Part shown: positions 11,802 to 23,849 of the stretch, piece by piece
How the letters are laid out: each line of letters starts with the position of its first letter
Numbering within the stretch: position 1 is the first letter of the stretch
Assembly (NCBI GenBank): GCA_032718475.1
Contig: JAUCBJ010007102.1
Location: 1 to 39,866 of the forward strand
Length of the DNA stretch: 39,866 nt
Source of the DNA: Nemertoderma westbladi
Taxonomy: Eukaryota > Animalia > Xenacoelomorpha
Direction of reading: 5' to 3'
The notes under the pieces: model-generated
Database searches by the model: none
Seen by the model: the letters and a program-made list of their open reading frames with translations, nothing else
Told to the model about the DNA's origin: nothing
Translations under genes and position numbers: made by a program

Positions 11802-14800
11802 AGCATTCCGATTTGGTAGCGATGATCAATAAGTTTGGTTGATTCTTTGAGCATCTCTAATGCTTTGAGTTCGTCCCTAGAATAAGCTTTGTCTTCATCA
11901 TTTTCCATAAGAAAATCAGATGGAGTAGTTGTACCGAATTTATCTAGTCCTAAGAATTGATTAAGTTGTAGTTCCAGTTCCTTAATGAGTAGAGTTGTTT
12001 CCTTTGCAACTATGTGATGGACACTAACACTGGGAAGATGGGAAACATTTCCCACAGGGCCAATTACACACCAACCAAAGGGAGTATGGATAGCAGAAGG
12101 TTCTGAGTTAGGATGTTCAGGCCACTTATGCTTATCGCGAAACAAAGCCTGGGGGTAATTTGCACCTATGAGGACAGTGATGGATGGAATGTCCACTTTG
12201 GGATGAGCCAATTCCAAAGAGAGGGGGAAAAGATGAGGAAAAGTTTGCAGGTCAATGTGCTTGCTGACATGAAGAAACTCACGCTTAATATTTGAAGTTA
12301 CGAAGACCTTGTCGAACCTCATAACTAAGTTTGGATCAGTATCTAACTTGCCAGGAACAGGAGTTACTGAACATGATACCTCCCCGACTGAGACAGGTTT
12401 ATCAATATCTAACAATGTACTCAATCGTAATGATGTTTGACGTGGGATTATACCAACATGGTCAATGACAGATTTGTCAATGAAAGATGAAGTAGAACCG
12501 TCATCCAATAAGGCAAATGTAGAAACACTTTCCTTGTCGAAAGAAAGCCTAATTGGAACAACCGAAAGCCAGACAGAGGGGGTCTGTTTCGAAAAAAGGA
12601 CCTCAGAGTCAACAATGGATGACATGCCAACCTGTTCTGATTCTTCTGATGCTATAGATCCTTGTACAAAGTTTGAATCTGTAGTGATTTTCTTAGCAGG
12701 TGATTTGCTAGTTTCCTTTGAAGTAGTGCTATTCTTATTCATAGAACTTGAAGAAGAATTGCTGGACTTTGTCTTTGCAGCATCAGGATTATGAAGGCTT
12801 GTATGGTGTCGTTTGGAACATCCAGGAGTCTTACAATTGTATTTAGAGGTACAAGTTGAAGGGTTATGGTCATAATAAAGACAATTATAACACAATTTCT
12901 TATCCTGAACAACTTTCTTTCTGTCAGCAAGAGATAATTCAAGATATTCTGGACATGAAGAAATACCATGATCTAAACCATTACACTTCATGCATTTCCT
13001 TGTGGATGTTTTTATGGTATCTATATTAAGGGTAGTGACCTTAGGTTTTGGTTCAGTAGGTGCTAGCGACCTTTGACTTGGTTGATTTTGTGCAGTAGAA
13101 TTAGACGAGTATGTGGACGAGTGGGAACTATGGGGAACATACACAGGGTCATTGATGACCTCTGCTTCTTCATCTACGAATGCTGCTAATACTTGGAGGG
13201 TAGGTTCATGGTTACCATGGGAGCGTCGATAACTACGAGCATGGCGGCACCACCTACGATGGATGTCTGGTGGGAGATTGGATGCAACTTGTTTGAGATT
13301 GGCTGAAGAGTTCATCTCATTGCTATCTGATAGTTGCTGAAGAACTGCAACATTAGACATAATATTATCAGCATAATTACGGAGTCGTTCTCTACGCTGG
13401 GTTGCTGATCCACCTAAATCTGTCTTGACAGTAAGTTTATCAAGAATAGTTTGGATAATGACACTAGGGTGGCCATATCTGTTATGAAGGGCCATCCAAG
13501 CACTGGAGTATCCGTTAGGAAGACCACTATACATTTCAATAAGGGTATGAGCCTTGCCTGTGGTATACTGCAAGAGATAATTCAACTTATCATATTCATC
13601 AAGAGGTTTGGAATCTATCTGAGCTCTGAAAGTTGCCAAGAAAGAAATATAGTTGGCAGGATTGCCATCAAAAGACTTTGGTTGAGGAGGTGGAAGAGAA
13701 AGCTTAGTGTTAAGTTTGTCCAAAGTATCAAGAGTCTTTGAAAATATACCATCAACAGAGGAAGAATTTATGTTTGATAAATTTGGATTAATATAACTGC
13801 TACCACTGGGAGGAAGACCAGTAGAAGGACATCCATAGCCTCCTTGACTATGGTAGGGATGATTTGGCTGAGAAGGTCCCCCCATGGCGATATGTGGGGA
13901 CATACTATAAATACCTATATCCCCAGTAGGCTGGCCTGAGAAAGAATTGTATCCACTTATTGGGTTGGATGGATGAGAGTGGTTGCCACGACCTACATTA
14001 TGATTGATATGGTAACTAGATAATAATTCAGTAGTCAACAGTGTTGTAATTGACATATTGCTACTGGTATTACTATTATTAACACTAGGTCTAGGATAAC
14101 TATCTACATTAGGGACAATCCTAGTACTATAAGCGTTACTAAGGCTAGGAAGGCTATATATAGATTGCTGTGTAAAATAAGGTGTAGGCACTACAGTTAC
14201 AGGGGTATTAATATCAGTATGCTTACCAACTATAGTAGGCCTATTACTAATAGCTAAACTTGGCAGTGGCAGAATTGGTGATAAACAGGGGGTAGAAGCA
14301 GGATTAAACGTTATATTAGGCATGCTGGGGCCAGTATTAATTGCTGAAAAATTGTTTTCAGTTTTAAGCCCCGCCGGCTGAATAAAAGGGTTTGGAATTG
14401 CAGGTTTCTCTTTGAAGTCTACTAGATCTCCTTCAGCCATTTCCTGCTCGGCTTGTTCCAATTTTAATTTAGATAAATCTAATTTGTCTTTGGCCTCTAA
14501 TTCAGCACGTCTTATATTTTGTTTGGCCTCTAATTCAGCACGTCTTATATTTTGTTTGGCCTCTAGTTCAGCAATTGCATGTTCTTGCTTAAGCCTGTTA
14601 TAACTCTGGGTAGCTGTAGAAGATACACGAGAACCGTTTGAATGTACACTATCAGCCATAGAATGCGTACGTGTTCTATGTCTACTAGGTTGTAATGGTA
14701 ATTGGATAGATTCAAACGCATTCTGAGAAACAGAATAAGGATTTGTATTACCGGAAGTAGGCCCACCGGTACCGGAAGTAGGCACACCGGTAGCAGAAAC

Positions 14801-15100
14801 CCTTTGGCGTACCGGTACAGTGTCGGAGGTAGGCCTAACTACAGGATTTCTTTGCCTACCGCTACCTGTTGGGTTTGTCGGTCTACTGTCGTCATTGTCA
14901 GAGTGAATGTTAATGGCAGTGGAGTGGAGCTGGAGATGGTCGGTTGTACTTACACCTATACTCGCCGGATCCGGATCATGATAGGCTTGGCTGTCTCTGT
15001 CGTCGATGATACCGTTTTCCAAACCGTCCGAAATGTTCGGATTGACCAGAGTTTCATCCATGATGTTAATTATAGACGCGCCCGCGTCTGCAAATACCAC
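11759..15100 (-). CDS. BEL/Pao Gag-protease part of the polyprotein
   Basis: FDGNPANYISF...KLNYLLQY core, knuckles CMKC..H..C, CYNC...H....C and CKTPGCSKRHHTSLH, protease ALLDDGS, TPFGW. It joins the RT ORF through a frameshift near 11790. Confidence 0.93.
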   Translation of the reverse strand: MVFADAGASIINIMDETLVNPNISDGLENGIIDDRDSQAYHDPDPASIGVSTTDHLQLHSTAINIHSDNDDSRPTNPTGSGRQRNPVVRPTSDTVPVRQRVSATGVPTSGTGGPTSGNTNPYSVSQNAFESIQLPLQPSRHRTRTHSMADSVHSNGSRVSSTATQSYNRLKQEHAIAELEAKQNIRRAELEAKQNIRRAELEAKDKLDLSKLKLEQAEQEMAEGDLVDFKEKPAIPNPFIQPAGLKTENNFSAINTGPSMPNITFNPASTPCLSPILPLPSLAISNRPTIVGKHTDINTPVTVVPTPYFTQQSIYSLPSLSNAYSTRIVPNVDSYPRPSVNNSNTSSNMSITTLLTTELLSSYHINHNVGRGNHSHPSNPISGYNSFSGQPTGDIGIYSMSPHIAMGGPSQPNHPYHSQGGYGCPSTGLPPSGSSYINPNLSNINSSSVDGIFSKTLDTLDKLNTKLSLPPPQPKSFDGNPANYISFLATFRAQIDSKPLDEYDKLNYLLQYTTGKAHTLIEMYSGLPNGYSSAWMALHNRYGHPSVIIQTILDKLTVKTDLGGSATQRRERLRNYADNIMSNVAVLQQLSDSNEMNSSANLKQVASNLPPDIHRRWCRHARSYRRSHGNHEPTLQVLAAFVDEEAEVINDPVYVPHSSHSSTYSSNSTAQNQPSQRSLAPTEPKPKVTTLNIDTIKTSTRKCMKCNGLDHGISSCPEYLELSLADRKKVVQDKKLCYNCLYYDHNPSTCTSKYNCKTPGCSKRHHTSLHNPDAAKTKSSNSSSSSMNKNSTTSKETSKSPAKKITTDSNFVQGSIASEESEQVGMSSIVDSEVLFSKQTPSVWLSVVPIRLSFDKESVSTFALLDDGSTSSFIDKSVIDHVGIIPRQTSLRLSTLLDIDKPVSVGEVSCSVTPVPGKLDTDPNLVMRFDKVFVTSNIKREFLHVSKHIDLQTFPHLFPLSLELAHPKVDIPSITVLIGANYPQALFRDKHKWPEHPNSEPSAIHTPFGWCVIGPVGNVSHLPSVSVHHIVAKETTLLIKELELQLNQFLGLDKFGTTTPSDFLMENDEDKAYSRDELKALEMLKESTKLIDHRYQIGMLWKQYPLSLSIITP

Positions 15101-16139
15101 GATATACGCAGGCCTGTTGGCCTAACGTGCAGCAGTAGCCTATCTGCCTATTGCCTACCTACCACTACCACTGCTGCTGCTACCAGACAGCCTACTCTAG
15201 GACTAATTTACTGAACCTACTGTCAATGCCTGAATGCTGCAATGTCAGCAGGCGGTAAGGTGGTAACAGACTGGCAGAGGCGTTAGGGCTTGTGAAGGAG
15301 AACAGAAAAAAGCATAGGCCCAGGCCTATGTGCATGTGCAATAAGCATAAATTGCAGTCAGTACGGCTACAGCCAGACAGCAGTAAAGCGCAGTATTTCT
15401 TTTTTAATACCGATACGTTATTAATAAAAAAAAAATGATTTAGAAATTTATAATTATTTCTTTTGAACAAAACTGTCCCGGCTAAACAGTAGGAAAGCGG
15501 TTTGGGTCGCTTTTGGTTATTTTATGAGGCTTTGCCGGTAAAACCTTCATTTGGCGGCTGTAATACTAATGCCCGTCAGCCCGTATTCTACCGTGCTGGC
15601 GCGCTTGGCGTAATTTCATCACCTGAGCATGTAAACGTTAATTGCCAATGGCCTTTAAAATAAATATTCTTTATTATAAAACCTTCAGTTTATTTATTTC
15701 CTAAATCAGGCATGTCACTAAATGCGATATGAGCCAAAAAGGGATGACAATAATCATGCAGTGTAGTGATGAAAATGGAACGCACACGCACAGTTCAAAA
15801 GAAATACTGGCGTTTATACAGCCGCATAGACGGGTGTCTAAGAGACTGCTAGAAACAGATAAAGGATAAAGTAGCTACTGACAGACGCAGTCAGTAGCTG
15901 GTGGACACAGAGCAGAAAGTCTGATGTCCGTGTGATTCTATTCATCAGAATGAATGAATGAATGAATGAAATAGCAGTACGTCCAGTATTTATAGGTGAC
16001 AGAGTGAAGAATGTATCAAATTATTAGTGTTGGCGGGAAATTTGAATGTTAATGAAGATAATGATAATGAATGAAATACCTAAGATATTTTTTACGTTTT
16101 TTGAGGGGGTAAGGACGCCGAAAGCCGTGACACTTCACT

Positions 16140-16526
16140 TGAACCCCATGGGCAGCACAATGCCGCCTTAATCAATTGTAAGAATATTATTGGTTAAATT
16201 GAAATTAAATTGCAAATTGCATAAATTATGTAATGTAATATATTACCCTCAAACCAATAGGAATCCCTTCAAGCAATATTAAATTAACTTTTCTAGACCA
16301 GTTTTTCCTGCCGCCCAACACGAATATGAAATCCATTTTTCTTCCTCAATAGTTATAAGAAAGTTATAAGAGCATTTAAATAAAGGCGGCACCCTGCCGC
16401 CCGGGGGTGAAGTTATAATTATATAAAGGCGCACACTGCCGCCTTTAAGAGCTGGTCCTGAATTATTTAGAATGAAAAATGCGGCAGTGTGCCGCCTTTT
16501 TTAAGTATTGGTACGCAAATGGTTAA
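16140..16526. mobile_element. One end of a piggyBac-like (TTAA) non-autonomous DNA transposon
   Basis: Terminus ...GGTACGCAAATGG-TTAA with repeated subterminal palindromes (GGCGGCA..TGCCGCC). The other end was not found. Confidence 0.4.
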
Positions 16527-16754
16527 TCTGAACCATAACATGGACCATAACTAAATCATGGACAAAACCATATCGGTATAATTTTTACCTCACTGTGACC
16601 TTGAGAGATCTAAAGCACTACCCGAATCATAATTGTATCTTGAAACAGAACCCTTACATGAAACCATAACAGCGATGACGAAAAACTGGAGACAGAGGCG
16701 GGGGGGGGGGGGGGGATGGAAGCAAAACCCGCCTTGGCGAATTAATATCCCGCC

Positions 16755-16909
16755 TCAATGTTAAATTCTCAATTTAGGGAAAGGAGCAGGTTACAGTGAC
16801 ACGTTATTTTAACCAAAACAATAAACTAAACAAAATAGAAAAGCTTACAGTTTTCTTTTTGAGAGTAATCAGATGTTATTTGCGTCGAATTTCCCCGGAG
16901 AGGGATGAA
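16755..16909. repeat. Short dispersed repeat, copy A (~155 bp)
   Basis: Homologous in direct orientation to 34099-34256 (tcaatgttaaattctcaatttagggaaaggagcaggttaca...ggagagggatgaa) and flanked by poly-G and poly-C tracts. Confidence 0.8.
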
Positions 16910-17880
16910 ATTTTATTGCGTCCATTCCCCCCCCCCCCCCCCCCCCCCCCCCTATCTGCAAAACTGAATCATAACATTACTCTGGGCGTATTGAGACCGT
17001 TTTACATATAACCTGGCGATATGTCGACTTTTAATAACCCAATTGGCAAATTTTTAACATATTTAGCTTCTGGCGCATGCCGAATATTTTATAACAAAAT
17101 TGGCGTTTCATTACATGTTCGTAAATATTACAAATTGAGACAAGTTTCTTGTTGTTCGTGTGCCAGAATATACTTAGTAGAAATGCAATAAACAGAGAAG
17201 CCGGCAAATGTAATAAATGTAAATTGTTGAGAAAACCCCTATCATTAAAATTGTCTGACCGCATAATACGAACCTTTATCCTAACCTTAACATGAACCAC
17301 ATTAAAATTCCTTGTCTTATTATTATTATTATTACTTGTATTACTTGTACCTAGACCTAGACCAGCCTAGACCTAGACATTCAACAATCCGTCATAACAT
17401 ACAGCCATACCAATACTTCAATGCAGAAACGTGATTGGCGCAAGTTTTCGGTGCTGCTTCCCAGTGGATGTTTACTGGTCACACATATTTTCGTTTCATC
17501 AGCCGTTCCTTCCCCCTCTGGGGCTCCACTCCATTGTAATTACAAATCACATTCAATGAATTCAATAGCTAAATTTGCAGTGAAAACATTGTCAAAGGGA
17601 GTGAAAATAATGTAGTTGATTGTTTAACGCCATTTCTATGGAAGGAGTTAAAATAATGTTCTATTTTTAAATAAAATTTATTGGTTTTACAGTATTATAT
17701 TATTAGCTTCACAATTTTTTCATTTATGGCGCATTTCCTACTAATCCCTTATTAGAAAATTCATTTTAATCATAATTTGTTAATTCGTCATTTTTTATAT
17801 TTATTGCGCATTGTTAACTGCGATCTGAACCAATATCATATATAAGAAAGGCGTATTTGATACATTATATCTATATATAT

Positions 17881-19461
17881 ATATATACCCGTATAATGGG
17901 TTTTGACAATGTTTGAAATAAATGTTATTATTTCTGGGTAAGGAGTCACTGCACAGAAGCTGAACGCCCTCAGTGGAGTGCTACTTGTTGGACACTAAAA
18001 CAAATAATTCTACTTTACTAAGTTACTTATCACTACAAATTACTTACAATTACAGTTTGAGATTACAATCTCTAAATAAACACTAAAAGGTTACACATAC
18101 AATTTTTTAGGGTAATTTGACAAGAAATCTACAAACCGGTCTAACAAGGAGTTAGAATTTCTGGTTCTTACAAACTGACAGGATACTACGGTATTTGAAA
18201 ACAATAAAGCAGTAGTAAGTAAATTGCGTTGTCCAGATAAAGAAATACCACCGTCTGACGACTTATAGTCTTAGCTCTATAAGTACTACGTCATGTACCC
18301 GGAGTGTCCTTACCTAGAAGTTAATTACCGCAGCCAACCAGAGCTAACGTGCCTATTAACCACTTTACAACACAAATATACTGCCTACACACTAATTACT
18401 TTCGGAAAGCACTATACTCTAAACCCTAAATTAGGTACAAGTACTTATGCAACAAATAACCAGCAGTTAAATATACTTGAACAGCCAAAAGAACCACGGT
18501 ATCTGCTGGAGTGACCGGAGCACAAAATCACCAGTCTTTACCTACGCCAAACAGCCCTGATGTAGTACCGGGGTTAATTTAACTATAACGGTATGTATAA
18601 CAAGCACAATTACTGTAAGAATAAACTTGGGGAGTTGGTGGTTGCGAATACTCGCATAGACTCTGAATAATAATATTATGCTACCCGTGCAGACTATACA
18701 AACAAAATACAGACCAAATGCTGGCAGACTACTGGCAAGCCTAAATAAACTACAGTATATGCAGACTCCGAAATGGTTAGTTAGTAGGCGTTCTAACCAA
18801 GTAGTACGACTTATTCTTTTGGGGGGATTTACCTTACAACACTGGATGCCCCCACCTTCCTAACAAGCACTTTATCGGACAGACACTCTACACACACTGC
18901 GAACGCTTCAGACCTAACAACAGTTTGACAACAATCCGGCCTACAAATTATTTGTACAATCTGAGCAGGCTTACATGCCTTCTGCTCAATATTACACTTA
19001 CAGATAAATAATACTGACAGAAATAAGTAAACCATACAAAGGAAATGGGGTGATCAATCCCTAATCCCAACAGCCTACAATATACAATATTTCACAATCG
19101 AAATAATACTGGTACCTATAAGTACCGGTTCGGGTGGTTAGGTAGTTAGGCCTACAGTTTACCGTCCGACCGGTACATTCGGCTTTATTGCCTACGGTGC
19201 AATAAAGAAACTAAAATCTATTATTGTTCGCGCTTTTAGACCTTTAGCAGTTTAACCTGCCAATTTTAGTTGTCCTTTTGTTTATAAATCGACTTTAGCC
19301 TATATCAATTATTTAATGTACTGAAGTTACATCAGCCGAAGCCAGTCTGTGCGCGATCATTCACCCACAGTTAAGGGAGACTGGATTCGGATGCTTTGAT
19401 AGTGATTGCAGTGTAGACCTACTGTATTATTCGATTGATCGTTAATATATAATCTCTGACA
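17881..19461. repeat. Dispersed non-coding repeat, copy B
   Basis: Homologous to 5471-7413 but lacks the internal duplication. It starts at a (TA)n tract and ends 2 bp before the next LTR. Confidence 0.85.
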
Positions 19462-19463
19462 AT

Positions 19464-20037
19464 TGTGACGGGATCAATGGATCCCGACCGGTTATAGTTA
19501 GTACGCGTCACAGCGGGCTGATGGGTGGATATGATATAATATATATAAGGTCTGAGTTCGGTGTTCAACTGAAGTATAATATTGTAATATAGATGATAGC
19601 AATAATTGGTAGATACAGGTACCGGTAGGATAATGTATACAGCACCGCAACGACGGTCGAACTATGTGGCCGGTCCGTGGTAAACTAATCACTGAGTAAA
19701 CTGACCAGTAATGTGGTATGTAACATAATATATATTGGTTACTGCACTGTGGCCTTGCTACTCAGCTGATGCCTGCCCCCCCCCCCCCCATTGGCTACTA
19801 ATCTACTTCACACCCTCTGTCCTGTGGGGGTGTTTCCCACCCCGCTGCTGTTACTTCCCTTTTCCCTGGAGGCTTAACCTCTGACCTCCATTGTGTGAGG
19901 CCCTCTGGGGTTTGTCGTCCCTGTTTTATTGGGGTGACACAAGGTTGATATTGGTAATCAACCTCGTGCTCCCAATATTGCTTAGAGGCCTCGCTGGCCC
20001 AACTTTGTGGGGTGTTAGCGGAATTGATTCGCTAACA
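19464..20037 (-). mobile_element. 3' LTR of the third BEL element
   Basis: TGT...ACA termini, adjacent PPT, and homology to the solo LTR at 26190-26769. Confidence 0.88.
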
Positions 20038-20046
20038 CTCCCCCCC
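20038..20046 (-). other. Polypurine tract
   Basis: The minus strand reads GGGGGGGAG immediately before LTR-start TGTTAGC. Confidence 0.85.
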
Positions 20047-20589
20047 ATGCTATCTTCCCAGTGAGAAGATAGCATCAACCACTAGTGCGCTTCAATTCCG
20101 CTGGAACTCGATCTATTATCGGGTGTGGGGTGGAGTTATTTTCTTGGAGTCGGCTTTCCAGGCTGCTCCCTATGGGTATGATGTCACTACCCTCTGGCGT
20201 CTCGTGTCGGGCCGATCGTGCGTTTCTCTCACACAATTTTTGTTTCACCGACACTCTCACCACTCTAGCTCCGCTCTCTAACTCAACTCGCTCTTATTCT
20301 CTCCCCACACCTGAATCGCACTCTTCTCTCTCTCCAACAGCTCTTCTCACTATCTCCTCCCTACTCTCTGCCACTCCCTAAGGCCCTAATCTCTAATGCT
20401 ACCCCTGTGCTATCATATTATCTACCTACTACTCACTTGCTAACTATCTAACTCTCTTACTAACTCTAACTATCTCTCTAAGCCTACTAACTTTAACTCT
20501 AACTCTACTAACCACTAACTCTACTCCCTGCTAAGTCTACTAACTCTTACTCTACTAAATCTCTCTAATTCTTACCAACTCTTCTACTA

Positions 20590-21165
20590 CGTGGCACTTA
20601 GGGTGCCCACAACCCTCTGCTACTACCTCCATCTACGTGGCACTTGCGGTGCCCACAACCACTCTACTACTACTTTAACTAAAACCCTCTAACTCTCTAC
20701 TAACTCTAACTCTACTTAGTCTACCCCTTTCTACTCTCTACGTGGCGCTTGCGGTGCCCACAACCACTCTTTCACCACCTCTATCTACGTGGCGCTTGCG
20801 GTGCCCACAACCACTCTACTACTACTTCCATCTACGTGGCGCTTCCGGTGCCCACAACCTCTCTACTATCTGACACCCTATGTGTCCGTCTCTACTACTC
20901 TACTACCTCTAACTCTACTACCTGGCACCCTTTGTGCCCTCTCTACTACTCTACTACCTCTAACTCTCTAACTCTACTACCTGGCATCCTATGTGCCCTC
21001 TCTACTACCCTACTACCCGGCACCCTATGTGCCCTCTCTACTACTCTACTACCTCTAACTCTCCACCTCCACTACTACCTCTATCTATGTGGCGCTTCCG
21101 GTGCCCACAACCTCTCTACTACTACTACTTTCTACGTGGGGCTTCCGGTGCCCACAACCCCCCTA
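20590..21165. repeat. Degenerate tandem repeats with a GTGGC(A/G)C-N-GTGCCCAC hairpin core in the 3' UTR of element 3
   Basis: About 7 copies of ctacgtggcrcttscggtgcccacaacc in CT/A-rich spacers. Confidence 0.8.
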
Positions 21166-21358
21166 CTACTACTCGTGGCATGGCAATATGCCACACTCCC
21201 TTACCCCGCCGCCTTCTAACCTAACTATCTACTAATATCTACTATTCTTATTTTATTATTTAATTATTTTATTATTTGTTTTTAATTAAATAATTATTTT
21301 CTTGTGGGAAGGGCGTCTCGCCCTCATTCCCACCCCCCTCAGTCCAAATATTGGACGA

Positions 21359-23737
21359 CTAAACTCTAAGCTGCCCCTCGATCTTCCATCGATTCTTCCA
21401 TGAGGCGCTGTCCCGCTGTCCTCCTGTGCGTTCTCTTATCTGACGACCGACTTTCCTCGCCAACTCCAACTCATCGGGAATTGGCTCTCCCTCTTTCGCC
21501 ACCCTAAGATCGGGTCTCTCCGCCGCCTTCTTAACTATCTCGTCTCCTGGCATCAAAATGCCACCTCCCACCTTGTTATCTCCCGGCGGCAGAATGAATA
21601 GAAAGTGAAAGAACAGGCAAAACAGAAGGTACAATAGTAGTCCTATCCCTTTCCATCCTGTCTTCCTTCTCGACTTCCCCATTGTCGGTATGCCTCCCAA
21701 CCGGACCGGCGTCTCTTCCGGACACTCCTCTGGACACTCCTCCGGACTATTGTCCTCCTGACACTCCACCGGACACTCCTCCGGAGTGTTGTCCTCCGGA
21801 CATCTCGCCGTCCGCTCCTCTCCATCTCCATACCGATACTTGCTGGGAAATCTACTCTCCTCCACCAATTCTCCTACTTCTACTTCCCTGTCTGGCTCTA
21901 CTATCTCCTCCGGCTTCTTATCTTCGTCCTCTGTGTCTACGGTGCCTGGTAACATGCACCCTGATGTCTCTGTCACACTGCATGGGATCTTGGTTTTAAC
22001 TGGGCCACTAAGCGTCCATCCGAACGGCGTGAGGATCGCCGTCGGGTCCCGCTGCCTGTCTTCGCCGAAGACCGTCTGTGTTCTCTCGTGGGCCGTCGGG
22101 CAGTCCATTCCTACTATAATGGACACCTTCCTAACGTCCACCTTTGGTATTGAGAAATCGATATCGTCCAGGAATCTATACTGCTCGACCTCAGTGTTGG
22201 TTGGTCGCCTGGCGTTGATATTTATCGATTCTATGATATGGATGGGGTCGATCGTCGCCCCATAGTCGCATCCCGGTGCAATCGCTGCTATCCTGCACCG
22301 CCCCGTCCTCGTCTCCAGGACCTCATCTTTACTCGAGACGGTAGTCACCGCCATTCTATTCGGCCTCGTCTTTAGCCCTATCTCTTTCGCCACCCAGTTC
22401 TCCACCAGCGTGAAGGCTGCTCCGCTGTCAACCAGCATTAATGTCGTTACTGATCGACCGCCCTCTCCTGATATCTTCACTGGTACTACCCCGAGTAGTA
22501 CTTTTCTCTTCTCTCTTGCCACTGATGTGCTTGTAGCCATTGTTTGGCCTCCAGTCTCCTCCTCTCTTGCTGCTGTTTCTCTACACTCTCCGGATCTGTG
22601 TCCTTCTACCACACATCGATGACATAGTCCGTTTGCGTTTGTGTAGGCTATACGATCTTGTTTGGGCAACTCTTGCCAGTGCTTACAACTCATGGTCTTA
22701 TGGGTTCCGTCCCGGTGTAATTGACATTCGAATCCTGGATTATAGCGTTCCCTGTATAGTCCTTCACGTATCGCGCGTAGGTTTATATGTACCGATTTAG
22801 TGTTTTGGTTGTCTGTACTCGGCCTACTGGGTATGTTGGGATTATGTTTATTTATGGTGTTATTTTCTTTCTGTCCCTGCCACGGTGTGGCCCTACTCCC
22901 AGCTAACTGTGGGCTTGTAGCCCCCTGTGTGGCCGCATGTGGTAGCGACTCTCTTACTCTCGAGAATGGATCCGTCGGATTATGTTCGGGTCCAGGCCTG
23001 TTGTATTCGGTCTTTGGTGCCTTCCCCAAACTATCCTCACTATAGACTGGGTCTGTTATCAATTCGGCTTCATAGTTTAGGAAGCTCGACATTTCTTCTA
23101 GGCCCGGTTCCGCACCTTTCTTCTCTCGAGTGGAGAAGGCGATCTTCCTCCACTTTCTCCGCAGCCAGATCGGCAGTGCCTGCGCTATCGTGGTGATGTT
23201 GTTAGACGCGTTGAGTTCGTATGGTGCGTCTAGCGTCTTTAACACGATTAACGCCTTCTCGACCTTATTCGCAAAGGTCTTTATGCTAACGGGATTATCC
23301 TGTAGGCCACCCGATGTTATGCCTCTCAGGGTTTGCCGGATGATCTTGGCTGGGTGCCCGTACTCCCTATCTAACGCCCGCCATTCTGTCGTGAAGCCGC
23401 CCTCGATGCCCTGGTATTGCCTCACAATGTCGTATGCTGGGCCTCCTGTATATACTTGCAGATATTTTAGGCACTCCGCCTGCGTCAAGTTCTTACTTAA
23501 TATCTCGTTGCTGTACATGCGCCGAATCTGCAGGTATTCTTCCGGCCTACTTCCGTCGAATTTAAATGGCTCGACTGGTGGTAACTCGATCCTGGTCTTT
23601 AATGCATCGATTAATGTGGCCATTCCCATCGCTTGCGCTTCCAATGGGTTCGATGGATGTTGTACAGACTCTCCTATTGGGTGCGGTCCGTTCGTCCTAT
23701 CTGTTGTTGATTTTATTTGTTGCGTCGGATATATCAT
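21359..23737 (-). CDS. BEL/Pao Gag-protease-only ORF (5'-truncated) with a C-terminal hydrophobic segment
   Basis: FKFDGSRPEEY...LKYLQVY core, two knuckle-like motifs (CQLHRDGTHKTMSC, CHRCVVEGHRSGEC), protease LVDSGA, TPFGWTLSGP. There is no RT or integrase. The frame stays open upstream to the poly-C at ~23870. Confidence 0.88.
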   Translation of the reverse strand: MIYPTQQIKSTTDRTNGPHPIGESVQHPSNPLEAQAMGMATLIDALKTRIELPPVEPFKFDGSRPEEYLQIRRMYSNEILSKNLTQAECLKYLQVYTGGPAYDIVRQYQGIEGGFTTEWRALDREYGHPAKIIRQTLRGITSGGLQDNPVSIKTFANKVEKALIVLKTLDAPYELNASNNITTIAQALPIWLRRKWRKIAFSTREKKGAEPGLEEMSSFLNYEAELITDPVYSEDSLGKAPKTEYNRPGPEHNPTDPFSRVRESLPHAATQGATSPQLAGSRATPWQGQKENNTINKHNPNIPSRPSTDNQNTKSVHINLRAIREGLYRERYNPGFECQLHRDGTHKTMSCKHWQELPKQDRIAYTNANGLCHRCVVEGHRSGECRETAAREEETGGQTMATSTSVAREKRKVLLGVVPVKISGEGGRSVTTLMLVDSGAAFTLVENWVAKEIGLKTRPNRMAVTTVSSKDEVLETRTGRCRIAAIAPGCDYGATIDPIHIIESININARRPTNTEVEQYRFLDDIDFSIPKVDVRKVSIIVGMDCPTAHERTQTVFGEDRQRDPTAILTPFGWTLSGPVKTKIPCSVTETSGCMLPGTVDTEDEDKKPEEIVEPDREVEVGELVEESRFPSKYRYGDGEERTARCPEDNTPEECPVECQEDNSPEECPEECPEETPVRLGGIPTMGKSRRKTGWKGIGLLLYLLFCLFFHFLFILPPGDNKVGGGILMPGDEIVKKAAERPDLRVAKEGEPIPDELELARKVGRQIRERTGGQRDSASWKNRWKIEGQLRV

Positions 23738-23849
23738 TGGGGGTAACGGCCCCCTCCATATTTCCGTGTCGCACGACCTATTCTCGTCCAGGGGGTCCGA
23801 TGTTCTTATTGCTGTTTGAGTACATTGCTGATATTGTAATGGGGGAATG

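Noticed and set aside
5471-19461. The two long repeats as the paired LTRs of the 8680-15100 element
   Set aside because: They are too diverged relative to the fairly well preserved ORFs, have no adjacent PPT or PBS, and show no shared TSD.
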